Shown: positions 11,618-22,734 of the stretch, in pieces | Numbering within the stretch: position 1 is the stretch's first letter | How the letters are laid out: every line of letters begins with the position of its first letter | Assembly (NCBI RefSeq): GCF_001194135.2 | Contig: NC_068991.1 | Location: 32,088,181 to 32,131,481, forward strand | Reading direction: 5' to 3' | DNA: 43,301 nt | Source: Octopus bimaculoides | Taxonomy: Eukaryota | Made by a program: the position numbers and the translations under genes | Notes under the pieces: model-generated | What the model saw: the letters and a program-made list of their open reading frames with translations, nothing else | Database searches by the model: none | What the model was told of the DNA's origin: nothing

Positions 11618-11708
<91 letters not shown>
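11589..11708. repeat. (CT)n plus long (TG)n microsatellite
   Basis: Direct reading. Confidence 0.98.
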
Positions 11709-11710
<2 letters not shown>

Positions 11711-12494
11711 ATATATATGTATATATATACTAATTTGATAAGTGCCAACACACAAAACTCTCAGCTTGAGCCACTCTGTTGCTTCTGCTAAATACTAATA
11801 AAATAAAATATACATATACCCATGTTTCGAGTTCTATTTTTCCTGTTTGCATCAACAACAACAACCCCCCCCTCGCCACACACACACACACACAAACAAA
11901 CAAACAAACAAACAAACAAAAAGAGCTGAATGGACAATCCTATAAACTTCAAGAGTGTTGGAAATATTTAACAATCAAAAACCCTTGACCTTTTCCAGTA
12001 ACAGCCTTTTACCAATCACAATTGGCAAATGAATGAGAAAAATACACTATAAAAGTGTGTGTGTTTGTGTGTGTGTAAAGGGGGCTGCAACTCCATTTTT
12101 AAGATAACAGTATTGGCCAATGTTAACTACAAGAATTTAGTTGATATACTCTTGAAGATCTAAAAATGTTGATATAAAAAGTAAAAGAATGAAGATAATA
12201 AGAGATAAATTTATAATCACAGGACATTAATCAAGGCCTAAGACACCAGAGTCCACAACATGGTTTTTCTTTCTCTGTAGAAGGCCTCAGTTATGAATCA
12301 AACTTATCACAGACTCCATGCTTAGAGGGCTTATTACCATTCGACAATGTGTGTGTGTGGAGAGAGAGATTCTCATAATACATGTTCCTACTCTAATGGT
12401 ATTTCATTTGGAAGTGTCATTGTTGGGCCCAAGGCCTAATGAAGAGCCTTCTACAGGAGCTAGCTTAAAAGCCGCCTGATAGGGTGGCTTTTAA

Positions 12495-12714
12495 CCCTTT
12501 AGCGTTCAAATTAATATGTCAAAAGTAATCCTTATTCGTTTACATTTTTAAAAATTAATCTGGTATTATCTTGTAGCTTCAAGAGTTGAAAGATGTAATT
12601 GTTTATTTTTAGAATGAGATTGCAGGGTAGGTGTGAGATACTGGTTCTAGCCAGTTTGAGCATAAAACGAGTAGAATATTTGGGCCGGATATAGCTGGTT
12701 TGAACACTAAAGGG
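12495..12714. mobile_element. piggyBac-like MITE, family A (220 bp)
   Basis: TTAA on both sides; TIR CCCTTTAGCGTTCAAA versus CCCTTTAGTGTTCAAA (15/16). Confidence 0.85.
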
Positions 12715-12779
12715 TTAAGCTAGTCTAGTATCATTCCACCCACATCTAGGATACTTTATAAAAATATCAAATCACATCT

Positions 12780-12905
12780 AGACTGGTACTTTATTTTATC
12801 AAAGACGAAAGTTAACATCAGTGGCAGGATTTGAACTCAGGCTGTAAAGAACCATAACTAAACATCACAAGCATTTTTGAGATGCTCTACTGATTCTACC
12901 ACCTG
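12780..12905 (-). mobile_element. tRNA-related SINE, partial
   Basis: actggtactttattttatc...ggatttgaactcagg...aagcatttt; reverse complement of the 1735-1950 family. Confidence 0.65.
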
Positions 12906-13694
12906 AATATATCAGTCTTGTTTTGTTACTTTTGTTTTGCTTTGTTTTCAGTTAATGAAATACCATCATCAAAGTAGTACACAATTTTGTTTCTCTCCAA
13001 GACAAATGTCCATGTATGGCATAATTGAAATGACATCAACTACAAATGACGTTATTGTTCTCTGTTGTTTCCAGAAATAGTCACATGGATTCACTATTAA
13101 CCACTTCTCTCTTTTGCTTTGTTTATTGTTTCATAAGTTGAAGATCTCTATTATAAAAACATTTTTCTTTTCAAATCTAGTTTTTTTCTTTTCTTCCAGG
13201 TAAAAATTTTACTTTCTCAGACATAAAATAGAAACAACAAACCTAACAAAATAGTTAATTTGAAGAACAGATTGAAATTTTAATCAAATTGAAAAGCTGG
13301 AGCGATAATTTTCAACCTAATATGGAAGGTTCTTTCAAGATGGTTAATTCTTCATTAAACTGCTCAGAAATACTAAAATAATAACTGATCAACTTCAAAA
13401 TGAAGAATTAATTCTCAAATTGAAAAGCAAGTTGCAAAATAACAAAATGGAGTGGAGGAAATAATTGTGGATTTTCATTTCCGGATTCTTTAATAAAAAA
13501 ATTCTTTTTTTTTTTTTTTAATCCAGCAGCTGGAAGAAAAGGTGTACAAATTCAATGTAGAATCATCATAGAGGTAGTTGCATAGTTTATGGGTGTGCTA
13601 GTATGTGTGTATTTGCATGTTTGGGTATCCATGTATGTGTGTGTGCATGCATATGTATGAGCATGTGTTTCCAATGTTAATATGATCTTAGAGG

Positions 13695-13925
13695 TTTTGC
13701 ATATGATAATGATAATATTTGTTTCAAATTTTGCTACAAGGCCAGCAATTTTAGGAGAAAGAGTTAGTCAATCACACAGATCCCAGTGTTCAACTCGTAT
13801 TCATTTTATAAATCCTGAAAGGATGGAAGCAAAGTCATCCTCAGCAGAATTTGAATTTAGAATGTAAAAAGCTGATAGAAATGCCGCTAAGCATTTTGTC
13901 TGATGTGCTAACAATTCTGCCAGCT
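13695..13925 (-). mobile_element. tRNA-related SINE, near full length
   Basis: gtttcaaattttgctacaaggccagcaatttt...gcagaatttgaatttagaatg...gctaacaattctgccagctca. Confidence 0.8.
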
Positions 13926-14039
13926 CATTGCTTTAATAATTACATTGTGCAACATGGTTTTTGTCCTTGGGTAACAACTGTTATTTCCTATTTGCTTATC
14001 CCTAGAAAGTATGAAAAATGGCTATTTCCTTCAAATTTT

Positions 14040-14235
14040 GCTTTTATTACATTTATTCAAGCCCCAAAGAATCCTTCTCAACACATGGCTATGATGCTCT
14101 CCCACTACTTCTGCTCTTGATCAGAGATGCACATATTGTCAGCCACTAAGAGACATGCTCAAGTGGTTAAGCTCAAGCAAATCTGTGGTATTGAGCAGAA
14201 TATTTGCTATAACAATATTTCTGCTTCAGCAACCC
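14040..14235 (-). repeat. Fragment of another dispersed SINE-like repeat
   Basis: ctcaacacatggctatgatgctctcccactacttctgctcttgatcagagatgcacatattgtcagccactaag resembles a common Octopus repeat as recalled; only one copy lies in the window. Confidence 0.4.
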
Positions 14236-14874
14236 AGCACTGAATCTGAAATGTAATGGAAAATAAGTCAGTTTCAAAACTTTGATGTCCAGGTCACAAA
14301 AGCAAAGTTTGAAGAGAATAGTTGTCATTTCATTTGATTTTTAGAATCTTCTGAAGAGAATGATACTGTTTCCAAAGGAGTCAAGATTGATGGCATCATT
14401 AGAGAGTTGGCAGAGGAAGGGCTGGCCCAGAAAGGCAAGATATTAGTAATTACTGGAAGAATGCACTACAGTAGAGTCTGTGTTCATATTGAGGCATGAT
14501 TGCTGTTGTAGGCCCAAATCAGTCCTCATATTGCAGACTTTTAATCCAAAGTAATTCAGCCATAACTATACCATCATTTTAAAGTCACAGGATAACTAGA
14601 ACTACATTATCCAATGTGCCTTTCTTGTTTTTAAGGCTGTAGGATGTGATATGAGGGAGACTTGTTTGCTATGTCTAATACACAGAGGATTTTACCTTTA
14701 TCTAAGTGAATGCAATTGCAGTAAGTGAATAATTAAAGCTATCAGTGGATGGAGTTAATTAAGTTTGATAAATTAAACTGAAACTGGATTTTGAATCATT
14801 TGTGAAATTAATTGTCAATAATTTCAATTACTATTTGACTATTTATACCCAGGGTAGCAAAGGCTTGAGATGGA

Positions 14875-14985
14875 GCAGTTGTATCATGTGGTGGTGAGCA
14901 ACCACATGTGGTAGCAGTGGTGTTAGATGGTGAGTTACCACATGGGGTGGCTGTAGTATCAGATGATGAGTTACCATATGGGTAG
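14875..14985. repeat. Three-copy imperfect tandem repeat (39/36/36 nt)
   Basis: gcagttgtatcatgtggtggtgagcaaccacatgtggta / gcagtggtgttagatggtgagttaccacatggggtg / gctgtagtatcagatgatgagttaccatatgggtag. Confidence 0.8.
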
Positions 14986-15536
14986 GCTAGACTATTTGAC
15001 CCAAATTCCATCAGCCTTTAAGAGTTTATTTTGTCTTCTTTTCTGCTCCAGTATGACCTTGACTGATTGACCACAAACAACTAAAGAGAAGAGAATTGAT
15101 GGTTTGAAATATTATCAGATAAGAATTTCTGATTATTGTGATTTGTGAGCTAAGACCTTCAAACACAAATGATTGTAAGTGGTTTGAGTTTTGATCACAC
15201 CTTGAGTAAAGGTTTACCACCAAACACTAGGTTTGACCTATGTCTTCAGAGTAAAACTTAGCAAAAGATACTTTGTGAAAGTTAATGATATGTTGTTGTT
15301 GAGTGGTTAGGGTTAATATGGTCCTTGGGTGCTTTTAGTAATGTCCCCTCAGTTACAAGCATTAGGGGACCAGATCACTGGTCTGAGGATAACAACCTCA
15401 CTCATTCTCACAAGTCTCAGGGCTACTTACTGGATGTCAAAAACAAAAAAAAACAAAAAAATTTACAAATGTATTATAAACATAAATTTCATATCTTGAA
15501 CTGCACTCCTATCAAAAAAAATTTAAATAATAATAA

Positions 15537-15985
15537 TAATCATGGTTTCAAATTTTGGCACAAAGCCAGCAATTTCAGGGGAGGGATAAGTCAATTACAT
15601 CGACTCAAGTGCTCAACTGGTACTTATTTTATTAACCCCAAGAGGATGAAAGGCAAAGTTGACCTTGGTGGAATTTGAACTCAAAACATAAAGATGGATG
15701 ATATGCCTCTAAGCATTTTGCTTGTGTGCTAATGATTCTGCTAGCTAATAATAACGGTCCTTTCTACTATTAGCACAAGGCCTGAAATTTTAGGGGAGAG
15801 TGGGGAAGAGTCAATTACATCGACTCAGTGCTTGACTGGTCAATAAAGCAAATGCTTTATTGATCCTGAGAGGATAAAAGGCAAAGTCAACCTCAGCAGG
15901 ATTTTGATGGAATTTGAATGCAAAATAAAAGCAAGAACAAATACCACAAAACATTTTGTCCAATGCTCTAGCAATTCTGTGAAGA
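15537..15985 (-). mobile_element. Two adjacent tRNA-related SINE copies (about 15537-15748 and 15755-15985)
   Basis: Both carry agtcaattacatcgactc-agtgct-actggt and ggatgaaaggcaaagt-acct-gg-ggaatttgaa, and are preceded by (AAT)n. Confidence 0.85.
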
Positions 15986-16565
15986 GAGAAAATGTTTTCT
16001 TTATTTGCATATCCCAAATAGACATCTTCAAGACATGATAGCAATATTGATGTAAAATTCTTAGAAGAAATCCATTCCAACAAACAATGATGTCTAATAA
16101 AATCCAAATTAAATTTTTCAGGCAAATTAGTTTGGAAACAATTGTTACTGCAATGATGCCAGTACCACCAGCAGAAATATGTACTAATCGAAGATATTTC
16201 ATATACAAGAGATATTGTTTTAAAAATAATTTTTAGAAAAAACAATTTTTATTTTTGCTTTAAAATTATTTTTGCAAACAAAAACAAAAACTAAACAATA
16301 AATAAATAAATAGCATATTTTGTTGCATTTGACATGCTATCATGCAGAAATTAAAGCAAATCTTAATTAATCAACAATTTCTAATGTGAAGCAAAGTTAA
16401 AAACAAACAAGACACATACATGCATACATACAAATGTATACACATGCAAACTCTTGTGCATGCATATACATGCACACACACTCACACAAATCATTGCAAG
16501 TTTACACACACCCTGCCTCAATCTGTCCTTTAACCAACAGAGTGGATTTTTTGTTGTTTACTTAC

Positions 16566-16589
16566 ATTGTCTCCCCACCCTAATATCCC
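16566..16589 (-). other. Candidate 24-nt microexon whose acceptor is interrupted by a MITE
   Basis: Donor CAAT|gtaagt. Removing the MITE restores the acceptor tagggtctttttccttaag|GGG. Open in phases 0 and 1. Confidence 0.3.
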
Positions 16590-16594
16590 CTTAA

Positions 16595-16814
16595 CCCTTT
16601 TGATACTAACCTGCCTGAAACCGCCTCTGGCTCTGTAGTACAAATGTCTTATTTTCAAATGTTCTGAATTAAAATCTTCCACCAAACCTTAATCACGATT
16701 TATGTTCCTAATGCTAGCTTAATGATAACTAAGTTATTTACTAAATTCTTTGCTATATTTAAAATTAACTGAAAGAAACACAGAGTATCTCAAAAGAAAT
16801 ATGGTAACAAAAGG
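16595..16814. mobile_element. piggyBac-like MITE, family B (220 bp)
   Basis: TTAA on both sides; ends CCCTTTTGATAC and, reverse-complemented, CCTTTTGTTAC. Interior is unrelated to family A. Confidence 0.8.
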
Positions 16815-18791
16815 TTAAGGAAAAAGACCCTAAAAATCCAACATGTGGGAACCTGCTTCATTGTAAGATTAAACAGTAACACTCTCCACCTCTTCTCCAC
16901 TACACTAAGACAAGGAGGGGAGGTATGAATTACTCAATAGTCTACCACTACTGCTACCACCACCATTTGTAACTATCATACTGGAATCAATGATGAAAGG
17001 TGTGACTTGAGGGAGATTCGGCTGATCTTTCTACCAAATTGACTGACCATAGTTTGTTGTACTTCACAGTTTACCTAATTACTCACAAGAGGCTGATACC
17101 AGCAGTGGCAAACCATTGCAATGGTACAATCTTCACTAGGAATCATATTCCTCTCAGGTGGAACTACACCATCACCAAATTTCTTCGGATTTTGAACAAT
17201 AAGCTGCTTGCAATGGTTGTTTTCCGTTGCATTGGTTTATCTACATAATACACCAAAAACAATTGTTTCTACCATTGGTGACAGAAATATTATTAGAGCG
17301 AAACTGAATAGAAGAGGCCATAACCTAGTGCCCAGTTTGACATTGCTACTGGGTCATTGGGTGCCTTTAGAGGCCCTGTTGTATTTAAGCTTCACATCTA
17401 ACTTTCTCCTACCAGTTTCTGATGTCTTAAAAAGATTCTTGATACTGTTTTCCCATCTCTTTCTCAGCCATCAGAAACCCAAATTATAAGATCTGTGATC
17501 AAAGGGGTCTCCCAACACTAACCCCTGCTCCCTTTTACACACACAAGTTTTACAATGTAAGAAGCTCAATGTTCAGACTATTAACCTCTTATTTAGACAT
17601 GTCTGCCACTCTACTGATAAACAGTTCACATTATGAGGAAACAATATTGAACATGAATAAGATTATAATTTTTAAAGCTAATTAACTTTGTCTTTAGAAA
17701 TTACCATTTTTAAAGATTATTTTTACAATATTTACATCTGTGATACAATTTGATCAGTTTGATTGCTGATGGTTAATATGATGTTGTGTTCCTGGGTGTG
17801 TATGTAGTACCAACTGGCTTTGAACTAGAAGACTGTAATTCTAAAGAAAAGTTCATAACATTTTTCTCCATTAGGCCACTGACATTTAGAGGTTTATTCT
17901 ACTGTAGAGCTTTATTTTATAGATACAATTACATAGTTACATACACACAAGTTGATGTATGTCTGTATGTAAGTTTGAATGTATGTTCATATGTATGAAT
18001 GTATGTATGTAATTATGTACGTTTGTATGTATTATTTATGTATGTGTGCATGCATGTATGTCTATTCCTGTATAATATATTGATATATACTGCACACAAT
18101 CACACAAAATTAGCAATATGTTGTCAAAGCATTGCAAGTTATTAAAACATGCCAAAAATAAAGCATTATCTTCCACAGACATTCTTATTAACACCAAATA
18201 AAGCCATATTTATAAAAAGTAAACAAAAACAGCAAAGCTCAACAATATTAAATGTTAAACATAAAATAATATTAAAGAACAAGAAATGACTCTCACAACA
18301 AAAATATTAAAAGCATAACAAAATAAGCTCAACCTTTACAATGGTGTTTTTTCTTGATCTGATTTCCCTAGAATTATTCATTTATATGATAGAAACAGCT
18401 ACACCTTGATACTGACAGAGTATGAGTATAGTGATGTGTGTGTGTGTGTGTGTGTGTATGGGGGGATAGATAGGGACAACAGTGAAAATAGCCAAGTGGG
18501 TCAAATATTGGACAATCTACCATCTCATGGTACAGAATCTAACAAAGTTGTGTGTCAAATTGTTTCGCCGTTTCAGCTCATGACTGAAGGTCTCATGTTT
18601 TCTTATGGCCAGCAGTACCCACTCTATGCCTCTATGGGAATGTCTTATCAGTTCATTCATCCCCCAACTACATTTAACACTACCCTGAAAATTATTGTAA
18701 TGAAATACACTGTCCACATATTTCAATTAATTTCTGAAATATTGAAGAATTTGGTAATATTCAGTAAAATAACTAATTTCTCCATTATTAA

Positions 18792-19007
18792 CCCTTTATC
18801 ATTCAGAGTCCTCTGTGAAATATAATGCTTATTTATTCACATTGCTTTGAATTAATCATGAATTATCTTATAGACTTCATATTTCAATTTTGTGATTATT
18901 TTTAGAAAGACATTGTAGGATAAGTGTGAGAGGTTGAATCTGATCAATTTCAACATAAAACAAGTAAAATGTTTGGGCCTGATATGGCTGGTTTAAATGC
19001 TAAAGAG
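18792..19007. mobile_element. piggyBac-like MITE, family A (216 bp)
   Basis: TTAA flanks; colinear with 12495-12714 (taggataagtgtgaga, cataaaacaagtaaaat-tttgggcc-gatat-gctggttt). Confidence 0.8.
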
Positions 19008-20013
19008 TTAAGTTACTGTTTGGAACAGATCTCGGTGGTTTCTTCTACGAAAGGACTAAAATGGTGATACAGTTGTCAAAAAGTAAGCAACAACCTATTG
19101 ACGACCTTGGTAATTCACACTCACACACATAGAAATGCACATGGTGTACACATGAAGAGGGAATGTCATGAGATTTATTAAATATCTTTGTAACACAAAG
19201 AATAAAAAATATACAACACTAAATCAATGGAACTTTAAAAGTAATGTAAGAGTTAAACAACAAAATTTTATCCTGTGTACTTTGAATTACTTACTTATGG
19301 CTATCATTGCAGTCTTTTGTCACTTACTGTTGCTTTCTATCCCCTTTTATTTCTTTTTGCAATGAGTTGTAATACCCCTGATTACAGTGTGAGTGTTACA
19401 TTTGTGTTTCTTGATAATCAAAATAACTAATAAAAATTCTGAAATGTAGGTTATTTTATTATAATTTTTTAATTTTTTAAGTTTATATCCATGGATTCCT
19501 TCTTAATTTTTAATTCATGGCAATTGTTGGTCATTTCTTGAGTCTAAAAGATTTCAGTTTTCACAAGAATCAAAGTTTTTGATCTTAGAACAGAACAGAA
19601 TGGCTGACAACTTCTTAATAATATGTGGAAATTTTCTGTTGGGCAAAATTAGTAAAGGGACTTGTTTAAAAAGCAATATAGATGATAGAAATACAATATC
19701 TTTTCCACTTGGCTATTATACTTCCTCACTCACTCTATAATAATAAATATGATGATGATGATGATGATGGTGATGATAACATCTATAATAATAATAATAA
19801 TAATAATAATGAAAGCAATAAAATTACTGAAATCCTTAATGTAATTAAGAAACGGCAGGCTGAGTATTAATTGAGATATAAGGCTGTTGAAATTATATTT
19901 GTTAAGGAGAGTGGGGGCAAGTCTTAGATGGTTAGTTGAAATTCAAGGATTGGGGCTGGGTCCTTGAAAGTGGGTTCGTGGCCAGAACATGCTGCAACAA
20001 CATTGCCACTTAC

Positions 20014-20061
20014 TAAGTCTGTAACCGTGTAGATCCTTCACACTGACCTCAGGCTCTTGTT
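20014..20061 (-). CDS. Coding microexon (48 nt, phase 1-1): xQEPEVSVKDLHGYRL
   Basis: Long polypyrimidine tract tcttttattttatccttcttctcactctgttcag|AA, donor CTTA|gtaagt, frame-preserving and open. Confidence 0.7.
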
Positions 20062-20692
20062 CTGAACAGAGTGAGAAGAAGGATAAAATAAAAGAGATAA
20101 TGATAAAAATAATAATAAAATTAAATAAAATGAATAAATCAATTTTACTGATGGCATTCAAAATAAAATAAAATAAAATAAATTAAATGTAATCTTTAAA
20201 TACAAATAAAAATAAAAAGGCAGTTTCAAAAAATAAATGGGTGAAATATAGAAGATAAATCTTTTTTTGTGGTAAACATAATGTATAAAAATATAAACAA
20301 AAAAGAAAATATAGGTAAAAATATAAAACATTTCACACAAATAAACATTGGTCTTTCTTATTTGAAAGTAACACTGTGTGTGTGTATAAAACTAATGCTA
20401 AATTGAAACATCCTAACACATTTTCAAATTAAATGAATGCTATACTGGAAACTGAAATTTATAGATTTCAACTAAATAAAGAATTAAATAAAATGTTTAA
20501 TAAAACTGATAAAATTTTATTTTGAAACAAAGATTAAACAGAAAAAAATTCACACACACACACACACATGTATTAACATACATGCACACACAAACATTAC
20601 ATATAAAAAGTTAACACAATATTTCTCTTTCTTTTATATCGTAACAAGAAGTACATTTGAAACCTAACACATTAATACACATACACACAGGT

Positions 20693-20695
<3 letters not shown>

Positions 20696-20739
<44 letters not shown>
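20696..20739. repeat. (CA)n microsatellite
   Basis: Direct reading. Confidence 0.98.
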
Positions 20740-20743
<4 letters not shown>

Positions 20744-20963
20744 GGATTTTTGTCATTTATTTTAGATACAGTTATTTTTAGCAGTGAAAATGAAACTGCA
20801 GAGAAATCTAAGAGCAAAAGAATAGAAGAGAACGGTAGATATGACCCCAAAGGGAGAAGAACAGGGACATATAAGGTATGTATGACAGCTGTGAGGTTTA
20901 GTTGTAAATAACAGTAGTAATGTTGCTCTGGCAACCACTACTACCAAACATCATTGTAAACAC

Positions 20964-22187
20964 TAAAGGTGGGCACAGTTAATCAAAAAGTTAACTTCAC
21001 TATCATTTAATCCATTAACCAAAAAAGTCAACTTCACTATTTGTTAATTCATTAATCAAAATGTTAACTTCGATAATTGTTAACCAGCTAATTTTTTTTA
21101 AATGTAAAGTAAGTTATTGATAAATCGTGAACATTAATTTTTATGATAGAAAAAAAAAATCAGTTTTTGCTCTAAAACCACCTAAAAACATCTTTAAAAA
21201 GGTTCCAAAACAATAAAAATAAATCTTTTTTTGGCCTTTGTAAGGGCTTTAGAACCCCAAAACTATAATTGTTTTTTTTTCTTTCTTTGCTTTGGAATTA
21301 AAAAATGCTGATTTCATAGTTCTGGCCCTTTTTTAGGTTTTTAAAGGCTTTTAGAGCCAGAAAAGGGTAGGAAAAAAAAGAATTTTTTTAAACTGAAGTG
21401 AAACAATATTAGTGTTAAACTAAAAATGTTTATTAATAAAGTGGCCATAAAAAATTTTAAATAAATGAAAAACAAGATATATAACATAATTCAATTTTTT
21501 CTTTTCTCATTCTCTAACATGAGATGCATGTTGCCCTTCATGAACATTAGCATGTCAAAGTTTTCATCAGACAGGCCCTCAAGATGTCCTTGCCTTAGAG
21601 AACAAATGTTTCACTGCAGTACTGGAGGGGATGGCTGTGTTGAACTTGATGAACAAGTCCACCAACACTTGCTCACCCAAGAAGGCAGCATCTGTCAGCA
21701 AGTACTTGCTGGTCTCCAACCAGGTCTTGACCAAATTCTGGGCTTTGTACATGAGTGACCTGTGGGTGACACCACTGAAGAAGTCATCCTCCTTTTCGTT
21801 GTTGCTACTCACTTCATCAGTCTGCTGCCTCATGGCCTCCTTGACCTTACCCACCATGCTTTTCCTCAACATGGTGTTGTCATACTTATCCAACTAGATG
21901 GGGTGAAACTTGAGGTGGAAGGCAGCAGCCAGCTGGCATTCTTTTGTCGATGCCTGCCAAAAGTGCATTGACAAAAGGGATGCAGTAAACGAGGCCCTTG
22001 GACTTCAAGTCCTTGAGCCTAAAGATCATCGTAGCAACTTGAGTTAATGGAAGTTAACTCAAGCAGACTTGAGTTAACAGAAGTTAATTAGTCCGATAAT
22101 GATTTCCAAAGTTAACTTAAAAGTTAAATCATTAACGAAAATGTTAACTTTATTAATTAATGATTAATGGTTAGGTGCCCAGGTTTG
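20964..22187 (-). mobile_element. Non-autonomous hAT transposon (1224 bp) retaining the transposase C-terminus
   Basis: Perfect 8-bp TSD GTAAACAC (20956-20963 and 22188-22195); TIR TAAAGGTGGGCAC versus CAAACCTGGGCAC; subterminal GTTAAC-rich repeats. The minus strand reads LFIKFNTAIPSSTAVKHLFS...LSDENFDMLMFMKGN, a hAT dimerisation-domain signature. Confidence 0.92.
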
Positions 22188-22289
22188 GTAAACACACATC
22201 AATAACTGCAATAAGTAAAGCAGTTGTACATACTCTTTCCAAGCTTCTATTACATGGGTACAGGGAGACAGCTGTATGAGCAAGGGGCA

Positions 22290-22470
22290 CAGAGAAACAT
22301 GGCTGTGAGAGCAAGATATTTGCTTTGTAACCATACGGTTCTGAGTTCAATCTCATTGCACGGCATCTTCAACTACAGCTTCAGGTTAGACTGATCGATT
22401 ACTTCTGGAAAGCCTTTGATAATTGGTCTGCTCTGTCAAAGGTGAGCTGTGGCTAAATAACAACACCTAT
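22290..22470 (+). mobile_element. Deleted CORE-type SINE (head plus 3' module)
   Basis: catggctgtg...ggttctgagttcaatctcattgcacggcatc head, followed by a cctttgataattggtctgct...gctaaataacaac tail. Confidence 0.45.
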
Positions 22471-22734
22471 AACTTTCTTCTTCAGAACATGTTACTTGCA
22501 CAACACTCACATGTTTGACTCACTTCCACAACATCAAGACCACATTTTTCACTCGTTTCATTACATGCTGAATTCATCTATGATGCTCCGTAGTCACATG
22601 ATCTGTGGCACCTCAAGACGTGTACATCATTCATTCCACCACCAGAGGCCACATGTTGCACTCACCTCTTACACACACTCATCAAGGCCACATATTGCAG
22701 TCACCAATCTATCACCTCCTTCAACAGATGTCCT

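Noticed and set aside
11472-11915. ORFs rich in CV/HT/YI dipeptides here and at about 26183-26691, 32092-33063, 34260-34749, 36591-36933 and 37485-37688
   Set aside because: Read-through of dinucleotide microsatellites, which lack stop codons.
14345-14480. Plus-strand exon-like frame SSEENDTVSKGVKIDGIIRELAEEGLAQKGKILV
   Set aside because: A shifted frame reads SLESWQRKGWPRK, resembling the RTE C-terminal LEGxRRRGRPRK motif, so an ancient LINE scrap is more likely; there is no good donor.
17088-17250. KPMQ (AAACCAATGCAA) identical to the end of the ATG exon
   Set aside because: A 12-nt match with no flanking similarity is within chance for AT-rich sequence.
20739-20810. Minus-strand frame LKITVSKINDKNPQ resembling a cadherin DxNDNxP motif
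   Set aside because: The key Asp is absent, the donor falls in a (TG)n tract, and no other cadherin sequence is present.
21465-21971. Plus-strand ORFs of 69-97 aa
   Set aside because: Antisense shadows of the minus-strand hAT transposase remnant.
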